This document shows, one piece after another, positions 16,466 to 26,297 of a stretch of 32,000 bases of DNA. Numbering within the stretch: position 1 is the stretch's first letter; each line of letters starts with the position of its first letter. The stretch covers positions 1,080,001-1,112,000 of the forward strand of contig CP060262.1 of assembly GCA_022646745.1 (NCBI GenBank). Reading direction: 5' to 3'. Source of the DNA: Planctomycetales bacterium. Lineage in GTDB: Bacteria > 4484-113 > JAFGCY01. The position numbers were made by a program, and so were the translations under genes. The notes beneath the pieces were generated by a model. That model made no database searches. It was not told the origin of the DNA and saw only the letters and a list, made by a program, of their open reading frames with translations.

Positions 16466-19400
16466 CTAGGGTGCCCATGGGGCGTCCAGCGGGTAATAGA
16501 TGTCCATCTTCCTGTTCCAGTGTCCAAGGTCGTCGCCATAAGTGAAGGTCAGCGGATAGCCATCGATGTCTAGCACCTTGCAGCTGAGCAGGGCTGACGG
16601 TCCGTAGTTGTCAACGAAACGCACCTCCGGCAGCCAGGCCTGGCCCGCACTGTCCGCCGCCTCCATGAAGCAGTGGCAACCACTCCAGTAACTGAGCACA
16701 GGCCGCCCCTGCAGCCAGTCCAGCTGTACCGGTTCCTGGCTCGGCAGGCTGGTCAGCCCGGGAATGTAGCTCCGGTTGGTCCAATCCCCTCCATCAGCGG
16801 CTGTCGCCCTCGCAAAGTAGAAGTCCTGTTCCTTGTAGTACCCCCTGCCAATCATCATGGCCACGGGCTTGCCGTCAAGTTCCACAAGATTGGCAACCAG
16901 CATGCCGTCATCCTGCTGCATGTCTATCGCCGGGTACCAGTCCTCTCCCCCTGCGTCCAGTGCTCTGGAGTAATAACTGCGAACGGGGTAGTTGCTGTTG
17001 TAGATGCTCCATGCCATCGCCGGTTTTCCCGCGACCACTGCCGCATACAGGTAGCATTCGTAGTAGGGTTGCTCGTGGTAGAGAATGATCTGTTCGTCTG
17101 ACCAGTCCGGCGATACCAGCGGATCCAGGTAGCGCATGGTGATGAACTGGTCACTGCTGTCCAGCATGATGATCCGGTCACCACTGAGCAGGAACTGGTA
17201 GTCCTGGTAATCCTGGTCCCCCCCGTAGCCAATGTATTCCGTCTCGGACCAGTTCGCCAGGCTCATGTCATCACTGACAATGTACCCGAGCGCATTTGGG
17301 CGGAAGAAGCAGACGTGCATCCGGCCCCCGATCACGGCTGCCAGCAGCGGCTGGCTCGCACCGGGCAGTTTCACCGGATCGGAAATCTGCAGTGATCCGC
17401 CTGCAGAGCTGATCTTCACCAGTGATCCGTTGTAGCCATCCTTCGGAAAGGCCAGGTAGCTGTCATCGCCATCCCTGGTACTGACGCAGTAATGCTTTAT
17501 GCCACGCCCACCCGGGCCGAAATGCAGGTCAATATCCGTGTCGATCCTGCCCCAGCCGGAGTTGAGATAATCCAGCGTGTACTTGGCCCAAGTGTCTTCG
17601 GCGTAAATCTCCAGGGTGACCCACATGCTGCCTTCCCACTGGAAGGGCTGGTGCTCGAATATCGGTTCCGAGGTTTCGATCACCTCGCCAGTCTGCAGTT
17701 TCCAGCGGTACTTCTGGATCCGTGCTCCGATGCTGCCGCTGGCATCGAATTCAACCACCCGGCCAGATGGGCCTTCCCGCTCCCGCAGTTCACTGACTGA
17801 TTTCGGGGCCGGTGCGTACTCTATCTCCAGGCTGGCAGTGTCGCTCAGCCCGATGCTGTCCGTGATCCTTACGCCAAGATTGATCAGGCCGGTGCCGGCC
17901 GGGGCTGTCAGGTTGACAATAGTGCCGGCATCCAGCGTTTCGAAGCTGCCGTCCCCATCAAGGTCCCAGTCGTAGGTCACTGGTCCGAATGTGAATACAT
18001 TGCTTGAAGCTGCCGAGTATTGCCGCGTGGTGCCGGCACGCATCCAGTCCTTTCCACTGATTTCGGCGATCGGTGGACCACCAATGCTGACCTGGGTATT
18101 GTTCGTTGCCGTATGGCCCTTGTCATCCGTGACGCTCAGCACCACATACTTGGTTCCGCCGGTTGCAAAGGACAGGCTGGCAAGCGCTTCATTCTCACCT
18201 GAGATGAACTGCGCTCCGTAGGCGCTCCATGCATACTGGACTATCGTGCCGACATTGCTGAAGCTCTGGCTGCCATCGGCCGTGATCACTTCACCTGGCG
18301 CTGCGATCTCAGTACTGAGCTCTATCACCGGTTGTGGCCTGTCATCATAACCCCACACCCGCAAGGACCTTGTCACAGCGGAGGTCCGTTGCTCTGAATC
18401 CGTGGCCAGCAGCCTGATTTCGTAGGTACCAGGCACCGGTAGTTTGAGGATGCCTTCGTAGTAGTCCGTATCGAAGAGTATCTCCCTGGGCTCCGGGCCT
18501 GTCACTTCCACCTTGCGGAGGATGACGGGAAGGAGGCCGGGGATCACCTCAGCACTGAGCAGGATGCCATCGTAGGTAAAGGTATCATCCGAGGAAAGGT
18601 TGAGCTTGACCTGCGGGGCACCGTCGACGGCGATCAGCCGGCTCAGTTCGGCTGTCCGGCCGAAGTTGTCAGTCACGAGCAGCCGGCAGCTGAAGCCGCC
18701 TGATGTTTCATATGTATGCTGCGCCAGCTGCGAATCCCCGGACTGGTCGATGCTGCCATCGCTATCAAAGTCCCAGGCATAGTCCAGGATCTCACCGTAC
18801 TCACAGGTGCTGGCCGAGGCATCAAACGCCACCGGCAGCGGACTGTCACCTGCTGCGGGCACAGCGCTGAACTCCGCAATGAGCTCACCCGGCCTCGTGT
18901 AATCCAGCGGCAGGCTCAGTGACCCCTCCGCTCCGGCGGCAATCGTGTACGGTGCCACGGAAAGCGTATGCACGCCGATTTCAGGCAGCTTGACAATGAA
19001 GCTGTAGCGCCGGTTGTTCAGCGCGATGATTTCGCTGTCCAGCCGGGAGATGCTCATCGGCGCTTCCGGCAGGCCCGGCCAGGGCAGCAGCTCGGCTTCC
19101 GCCCCGTTGAAGCTGTGGTAGACCCGGTAGCCGTCCAGCAGTTCGCCGAAGTGCTGCGCGATCGTTGTCACATCCGCCAGGCTGATTATGCCGTCGCGGT
19201 TGCCATCCACGCGGGAGCGCTCCCAGTTCGTCGTATCCCAGCCGTAGTAGTTGCCGTCCGGCCAGTACGCCACGCCATTGGCATCCAGCGGATCACGATA
19301 GGCAACAACTTCATCGAAATGCCTTGCCAGCGGCACGAGGTCCGCTGCATTGACCTGGCCGTTCCCGTCGTAGTCGCCACGCAGCACTTCCGTCCAGCTC

Positions 19401-19756
19401 AGTTCATACAGGTTGCCAGAACCGGGCAGTTCCTCAATCACCAGGCTGAATACCTCATTGCCTGCGCCGACGGCTGCCTCAGAAATGCCGCGGTCAGTGG
19501 TCTCACCGAGCTGCCGCGATAGCTCGCGCTGCAGTTCATCAAGCAGGCCGGACTGCATGTTTCCGATGCTGGCTGCAATATCCGCATCAGCGGATATCAC
19601 TTCGTTGGCAGCGGGAGCAGACGATCCCGGCTGGTTCGCCGCCTGTGTGGTAACACTGGAGTTGCCGGAGCATGCCGGCAATGCAAGCGCAAATGTAAGG
19701 GACAGCAGCCGTGCCGCCGTCCGCGGGCCTGTCGTCCGCAGCAATCTCAGATCCAT
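16466..19756 (-). CDS. Large exported lipoprotein: dockerin-like repeat pair + PKD-like array + Asp-box C-terminal region; paralogue 2
   Basis: ORF 16466..19768. ATG 19756 gives MDLRLLRTTGPRTAARLLSLTFALALPACSG (lipobox); 19768 is an alternative start. Dockerin-like: GDYDGNGQVNAADLVPLARHFDE and DGNRDGIISLADVTTIAQHFGE. PKD-like: FDASASTCEYGEILDYAWDFDSDGSID...LLVTDNFGR, VQYAWSAYG...LSVTDDKGH, VTYDWDLDGDGSFE...VRITDSIGL. Asp-box-like: ALDAGGEDWYP, ATAADGGDWTN, AADSAGQAWLP. Collinear with paralogue 1 (shared LDGYRVY..AEAE.LPWP..PEAP). Confidence 0.85.
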   Translation of the reverse strand: MDLRLLRTTGPRTAARLLSLTFALALPACSGNSSVTTQAANQPGSSAPAANEVISADADIAASIGNMQSGLLDELQRELSRQLGETTDRGISEAAVGAGNEVFSLVIEELPGSGNLYELSWTEVLRGDYDGNGQVNAADLVPLARHFDEVVAYRDPLDANGVAYWPDGNYYGWDTTNWERSRVDGNRDGIISLADVTTIAQHFGELLDGYRVYHSFNGAEAELLPWPGLPEAPMSISRLDSEIIALNNRRYSFIVKLPEIGVHTLSVAPYTIAAGAEGSLSLPLDYTRPGELIAEFSAVPAAGDSPLPVAFDASASTCEYGEILDYAWDFDSDGSIDQSGDSQLAQHTYETSGGFSCRLLVTDNFGRTAELSRLIAVDGAPQVKLNLSSDDTFTYDGILLSAEVIPGLLPVILRKVEVTGPEPREILFDTDYYEGILKLPVPGTYEIRLLATDSEQRTSAVTRSLRVWGYDDRPQPVIELSTEIAAPGEVITADGSQSFSNVGTIVQYAWSAYGAQFISGENEALASLSFATGGTKYVVLSVTDDKGHTATNNTQVSIGGPPIAEISGKDWMRAGTTRQYSAASSNVFTFGPVTYDWDLDGDGSFETLDAGTIVNLTAPAGTGLINLGVRITDSIGLSDTASLEIEYAPAPKSVSELREREGPSGRVVEFDASGSIGARIQKYRWKLQTGEVIETSEPIFEHQPFQWEGSMWVTLEIYAEDTWAKYTLDYLNSGWGRIDTDIDLHFGPGGRGIKHYCVSTRDGDDSYLAFPKDGYNGSLVKISSAGGSLQISDPVKLPGASQPLLAAVIGGRMHVCFFRPNALGYIVSDDMSLANWSETEYIGYGGDQDYQDYQFLLSGDRIIMLDSSDQFITMRYLDPLVSPDWSDEQIILYHEQPYYECYLYAAVVAGKPAMAWSIYNSNYPVRSYYSRALDAGGEDWYPAIDMQQDDGMLVANLVELDGKPVAMMIGRGYYKEQDFYFARATAADGGDWTNRSYIPGLTSLPSQEPVQLDWLQGRPVLSYWSGCHCFMEAADSAGQAWLPEVRFVDNYGPSALLSCKVLDIDGYPLTFTYGDDLGHWNRKMDIYYPLDAPWAP

Positions 19757-19899
19757 AGTCGTTCCCATTGCGGAACCAGTCCAGCCCCGACTGTCCCGTC
19801 TACAGCGTACAGCACTTCCCCAGTGCAGTAGATATATGGACGGCTATCAAGCTGCGAGGTTACAGATGAGGACGCTGCCCCGGTACTGACATGACCGGC

Positions 19900-19934
19900 C
19901 TGCCTTTTGCCTCCTGCCTTCTGCCCACTGCCTA
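19900..19934 (+). repeat. Heptanucleotide tandem array (CTGCCTT TTGCCTC CTGCCTT CTGCCCA CTGCCTA)
   Basis: Five period-7 units read directly, between the start of paralogue 2 and the clpC terminator. Confidence 0.85.
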
Positions 19935-19935
19935 C

Positions 19936-19961
19936 TAAAAAGGCCCCGGCGGACCGGGGCC
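19936..19961 (-). terminator. Rho-independent terminator downstream of clpC
   Basis: On the minus strand: GGCCCCGG-TCCG-CCGGGGCC followed by TTTTT (plus-strand A run 37-41). Perfect 8-bp GC stem, about 50 nt after the clpC stop. Confidence 0.7.
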
Positions 19962-19980
19962 TCTCGAAGATCCTTCTGTT

Positions 19981-20008
19981 GTCTGACCACTGAGGTCTGA
20001 CCACTGAC
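19981..20008 (+). repeat. Tandem 14-nt (2 x 7) repeat GTCTGACCACTGAG / GTCTGACCACTGAC
   Basis: Two units, 13/14 identical, ending 3 nt before the clpC stop codon (20012-20014). Confidence 0.9.
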
Positions 20009-20011
20009 CCG

Positions 20012-22525
<2,514 letters not shown>

Positions 22526-22622
22526 ATGTTCTCAGACTCTCCGTGGCGGCGGCACCCTTGCCGCCGTCATCATTGCCCCGCCGGTGCCATCCTGGCACCA
22601 ACCGATTCGCCCCGCTCATGCA

Positions 22623-22691
22623 AGGCCAGATGTAGGGAAGGGCTACCATGCCCTTCCAATAGGGTGTCATGATGCATGCATCATGGCACAC
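22623..22691. repeat. 69-nt direct repeat, copy 1 (in the clpC leader)
   Basis: 62/69 identical to 22847-22915. Contains hairpin GGAAGGGC-TACCAT-GCCCTTCC (22636-22657) and the palindrome listed separately. Confidence 0.9.
22664..22689. promoter_or_regulatory. Perfect 18-bp palindrome CATGATGCATGCATCATG (22668-22685; 26 bp with one mismatch); candidate operator in the clpC upstream region
   Basis: Self-complementary, read directly. On the clpC (minus) strand it lies just downstream of the AT-rich GGTATATATAAAGGG stretch (22692-22706), the only -10-like string in this GC-rich leader. The second repeat copy has a degenerate version. Function is inferred. Confidence 0.35.
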
Positions 22692-22846
22692 CCTTTATAT
22701 ATACCTTGTGAGACCCCGGTTCACCTGAAACGGGACACTCGGAAGATTAACACGGGGTGAATTGACGTGCGATGCAAAAGGGGAGAAGACCATGAGAGTC
22801 GAGTGCACAGCACGAAATCACGCCGAAGGCGTGACCCATCCATCCG

Positions 22847-22915
22847 AGGCCAGATGTAGGGAAGGGCTACGATGCCCTTCCAACAGGATGCCAAGAAGCA
22901 CGCATCATGGCACAC
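22847..22915. repeat. 69-nt direct repeat, copy 2 (22 nt beyond the methyltransferase stop)
   Basis: Same element as 22623-22691. Hairpin GGAAGGGC-TACGAT-GCCCTTCC is conserved; the palindrome half is degenerate. Confidence 0.9.
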
Positions 22916-22937
22916 ATTTAACTTATGAAAGAATAAA

Positions 22938-25900
22938 TCAACTTAGTAGTGCAGACTTTCCCATCCTGTATTTCAATTGATAATTACAAATGTAATCTAA
23001 TTCATGCTTACTCATATGTAGAGCTTCTGCAAGTCTTACATCTAATTCATCAATTATTGCTTTGCACCTACTGGGCTGAAACTGCTGATATGTTACGGAT
23101 CCAGCAATACTATGTTTTGTTGGTATCATTTTACTATTTTCTAAAAGACAGTTCCAAAGTGATTCATTAATGCTTTTGAAATTTAGTTCCAATATTGACT
23201 TAGAAATCGGAAAATCCTTCACATCTCCGGGATTAAAATCGCGGCAATTGGTATTCATTATGTAGTATATGTAAAACAGTGAGCTATTGAAAAGTGCAAA
23301 TGCGAGATTCATTATCTGCTCATCCTTACACGGCATTACTGCTTCGCGGGTAGAGTTACCAACGACATTGTTATTAATGTACTTAGGAGGTTCTAACGTT
23401 ATTGTAAACCAATGTGCTATCCCTGTTTTCTTGTAATAGACATTGTAATCGCTCTTTCTTTTCAACTGAGAACCGAATCTGAGATTGCCATCTTTGAGTT
23501 TCGAATCAATTGATATTTGATGACGATCGCCATATTTCGGAATACAATTGTCATATTGATGTTCCTTATGCAATGCAAACATGATCTTCGAAGTAAACAA
23601 ATCCTCACGTTCGTCTTGATACCATTTAAGATATGAAGTTGTTCGAACCTGTTGATATTTAGTTGTTCTAGCCCTCAAATAGATTGCTAATCTAAAGTTT
23701 ACTCCATTAAACAGAACACTTGGATGTGCATCGGCACTCAAATTAATTATGAACAGTTGGCAATTACTACAATAGTGTTTATTAATCAGTGGGTTCATTC
23801 TGATTGTGCTATGACCACTCAGCGGCACAATCATAGAATCAATTCCGGTTGTTGAAACAAGATTTGAAACTCTTTCAATTATAAATGCGTAAAGATTGCC
23901 ACATTTCAGGGTATCATAGTTGATAATTTTATATTCCTTTATACCTCTAGGGTATTCTACGTATGGAGGATTCCCTATTACAACATCAAAACCCCCTTTT
24001 GAAACAATCCCGTGGAATTCTGCCCACCAATGAAATGGTGCGTGCTTGGTTTTCCATTTTAGATATTCGACAGTATTATCTGGATCTACTTTGTACTGTC
24101 TTGCTAAGTATTGATTCAGTTTGTTTGTCAAGTTAGATAATGCAACAATCAATTTCTCCTTCTCATCGCTAAACACCAAAGCACTTACGCCGGTTTGAAC
24201 TTGAAGATTTCTGTACTTGCGATACTGCTGATCTACATTCGATGCCGCATCTTTTATTGCTGGCAACTCATCCTCAAAATCAAATGAGGCATTTCCGCCT
24301 ATCGGTTGAAGTGCCCTTTTAACATCCATTTCGTTTGCAAAACCCACTAGCGAATTTCCAGCCCTGATATTGAAATCAATATCCGGCAGTGGCTCAATCT
24401 TCCCCACATCATCAATCTGGGCTACTAGCTTCAGGAATAGCCGGAGTTTGCAGATCTCACAGGCCTCATCCATTATGTCCACTCCATAGAGGTTGTCCAC
24501 AGCTATGGATTTCAGAATGAAGTACTCGCGGTTCGGATGCTGTGCAATGTTGTCCAGGACCTGTTCAAAGAACTTCTCATCGCCCAGGAAGGGCTTTCCC
24601 GCCGCATGCTTGTCGGATACATAGTCATTCATCCTGTTCAGGCAGGCATCGTATAGGGGCTGCAGCACATTGAGAGCTGCGAACAGGAAAGCACCACTGC
24701 CGACCGTCGGGTCCAGAACTGTAATGCCCAAGCTGACCTCCCCGCGGTGCACAGCGGTATGGTCACCATGCAAGGCGATCCAGCAGGCCTTGATCAGGTC
24801 CGTTCCCCCGGCAAGTTCAATCACATCCTGCATGAACTGGCGGATATCCAGGTTGTAAGTGATCAGGTCATTGATTTCGTGGAGATCCCCTCTGCTGAGT
24901 TTCTCCCTCAGCTCCAGGCAGCGTTGCCTGCGCTCTGAATATTCACGCCAGGTTTCCGTTGGCAGGCCAAGTTCGTCTCCAACCAGCCCGAGGTTATAGC
25001 GCTTTTCGAACATGCGCTTCTCTGGGTCCTGCATGCCTATCTTCACAAAGTCAGGCAGAGTATCCTCTGGAATGATGCCCCCATCTTCGTTAACCACACC
25101 CTTGCGAACTGCATCGTAGATATACCTGTCTGGGTCTTCCTGCAGCAGCTTCCAGACTGAGCCACCCTTCTCAAACGCAACAGCGCACTGCTCCTTCATG
25201 CGTTGCAGGATGAAAGGGATAATCGTGTTCTGGCTGATGTAACCTGTGATGTCCTCCTTCGTGTAGTAGGCCCCCATTTGCTTCTGGTTGATGTACTTCT
25301 CAAAGATGTAGCCAAGGACGTCCGGGTTGATTTCCTTGTCGTTGACAATCGCTGTCTCGTCAAGGTGCCACTTGAACTCATCAAAGAAGGCAAACAGCTT
25401 GTCAAATGCCTTGTCCGGGATGTCGATCTGCTCCCCACAGTGCTGCTCAACCTGGTGCTTCATGAAAAGGCCGCCGTTCAGATATGGCACCTGCTCCAGC
25501 AGTTCGTTCATCTTCTTTGAGCGGTCAGACTCTGGCTTGGCAAAACCCTCAAAGAACAGCGGGCAGAGGAATCTCCGGTAGTAGCTGTCCTTGCCAAGGT
25601 TCTTCTTTGCATACTTGAGGCGTTCTGAAAGGTAATCTATGTCCCCGTTGCCAAGGAACCCGCGCTTCTGGATGAAATAGATGAACATCAGCCGGTTGAT
25701 CATCACTGACACATACCAGCTCTGCTCATGGGCGTCATCAATTCCCGTAATGAGCTTTTCAAAGGCCTTGCGTTCCTTGTCAAACTTAGTGTAGAAGCTC
25801 TTTGTAACCTTGTCCTTGTTGAAGGCCGAACGCAGCCTTCCTGTTACATCGAGGATGTTGAGATTGCCAGCCTGCTCAAAGCTGAAACTGAATTTCTGCA

Positions 25901-26297
25901 GTGTCTGCAGCATCAACTCACCTGATTGTTGCCTGTTGAACTCCAGACTACGGGAAACCCGACGGCCATCTTCACGGTTGAACCAGTTCCAGAGCTGCTT
26001 CTCTTGTTTTGCATCGACAAAAATCAGGAGGTGCTCATGGGCTTGCTTCCTGATCTGCACGTGCAGCCTTGAACGGTGTGGGGTTATCGGAATCTGGCCG
26101 TTCTTGCCTGGATGCACCAGGAATATCTGCACGCCCTCCTGATCGGCGATAGCTTCAATCTTGTAGCTTTCGCCATCAAGCTTGATCGGGTCTATCCTGT
26201 TCTCATTCCTGCCCCAACCCAGTGCTTCCACGAACAGGTTACGGAAATCAAAAGCCTGGAGATACTTCCTAGCAAGTTCCTTATTGAAGGCAGCCAT
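22938..26297 (-). CDS. Gamma-class N6-adenine DNA methyltransferase, MmeI/PglX/Eco57I-like, with a C-terminal specificity region
   Basis: ORF 22938..26300. ATG 26297 overlaps the upstream TGA (TGATG), with GAGGTGA upstream. Motif X: QMGAYYTKEDIT. Motif I: VLDPTVGSGAFLF (nt 24681-24719). Motif IV: VVIGNPPYV (NPPY = nt 23961-23972). Helical-region strings RLMFIYFIQKRGF, YLNGGLF and INPDVLGYIFEKYIN are typical of MmeI/PglX/type ISP enzymes. About 340 aa follow NPPY and end in an LDVRLAEALHMSKHELDYI helix, as TaqI-C/TRD-type domains do. Confidence 0.92.
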   Translation of the reverse strand: MAAFNKELARKYLQAFDFRNLFVEALGWGRNENRIDPIKLDGESYKIEAIADQEGVQIFLVHPGKNGQIPITPHRSRLHVQIRKQAHEHLLIFVDAKQEKQLWNWFNREDGRRVSRSLEFNRQQSGELMLQTLQKFSFSFEQAGNLNILDVTGRLRSAFNKDKVTKSFYTKFDKERKAFEKLITGIDDAHEQSWYVSVMINRLMFIYFIQKRGFLGNGDIDYLSERLKYAKKNLGKDSYYRRFLCPLFFEGFAKPESDRSKKMNELLEQVPYLNGGLFMKHQVEQHCGEQIDIPDKAFDKLFAFFDEFKWHLDETAIVNDKEINPDVLGYIFEKYINQKQMGAYYTKEDITGYISQNTIIPFILQRMKEQCAVAFEKGGSVWKLLQEDPDRYIYDAVRKGVVNEDGGIIPEDTLPDFVKIGMQDPEKRMFEKRYNLGLVGDELGLPTETWREYSERRQRCLELREKLSRGDLHEINDLITYNLDIRQFMQDVIELAGGTDLIKACWIALHGDHTAVHRGEVSLGITVLDPTVGSGAFLFAALNVLQPLYDACLNRMNDYVSDKHAAGKPFLGDEKFFEQVLDNIAQHPNREYFILKSIAVDNLYGVDIMDEACEICKLRLFLKLVAQIDDVGKIEPLPDIDFNIRAGNSLVGFANEMDVKRALQPIGGNASFDFEDELPAIKDAASNVDQQYRKYRNLQVQTGVSALVFSDEKEKLIVALSNLTNKLNQYLARQYKVDPDNTVEYLKWKTKHAPFHWWAEFHGIVSKGGFDVVIGNPPYVEYPRGIKEYKIINYDTLKCGNLYAFIIERVSNLVSTTGIDSMIVPLSGHSTIRMNPLINKHYCSNCQLFIINLSADAHPSVLFNGVNFRLAIYLRARTTKYQQVRTTSYLKWYQDEREDLFTSKIMFALHKEHQYDNCIPKYGDRHQISIDSKLKDGNLRFGSQLKRKSDYNVYYKKTGIAHWFTITLEPPKYINNNVVGNSTREAVMPCKDEQIMNLAFALFNSSLFYIYYIMNTNCRDFNPGDVKDFPISKSILELNFKSINESLWNCLLENSKMIPTKHSIAGSVTYQQFQPSRCKAIIDELDVRLAEALHMSKHELDYICNYQLKYRMGKSALLS

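Noticed and set aside
16458-16478. A 13-nt overlap between the two giant paralogues if the first ATG (16478) is used
   Set aside because: ATG 16457 has an AGGA 6 nt upstream and yields a canonical lipoprotein signal (MQDIKRTSLLILSVTVCLLFHAGC). The longer form adds MGTLGKL, encoded across the upstream gene's stop.
22692-22760. A sigma-70-type promoter for clpC around the TATATATAAAGG stretch
   Set aside because: A -10-like string exists, but I could not find a convincing -35 at 16-19 nt spacing (candidates GTGAAC and TTTCAG are weak or mis-spaced). Neither a CtsR box nor CIRCE is present, so I mention it only as context for the palindrome.
22721-22980. Small ORFs 22721..22915 (-) and 22762..22980 (+) between clpC and the methyltransferase
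   Set aside because: They span the 69-nt repeat copy and the GC transition, have no SD, and have Cys/Arg-rich odd composition. This is more likely regulatory or repeat DNA.
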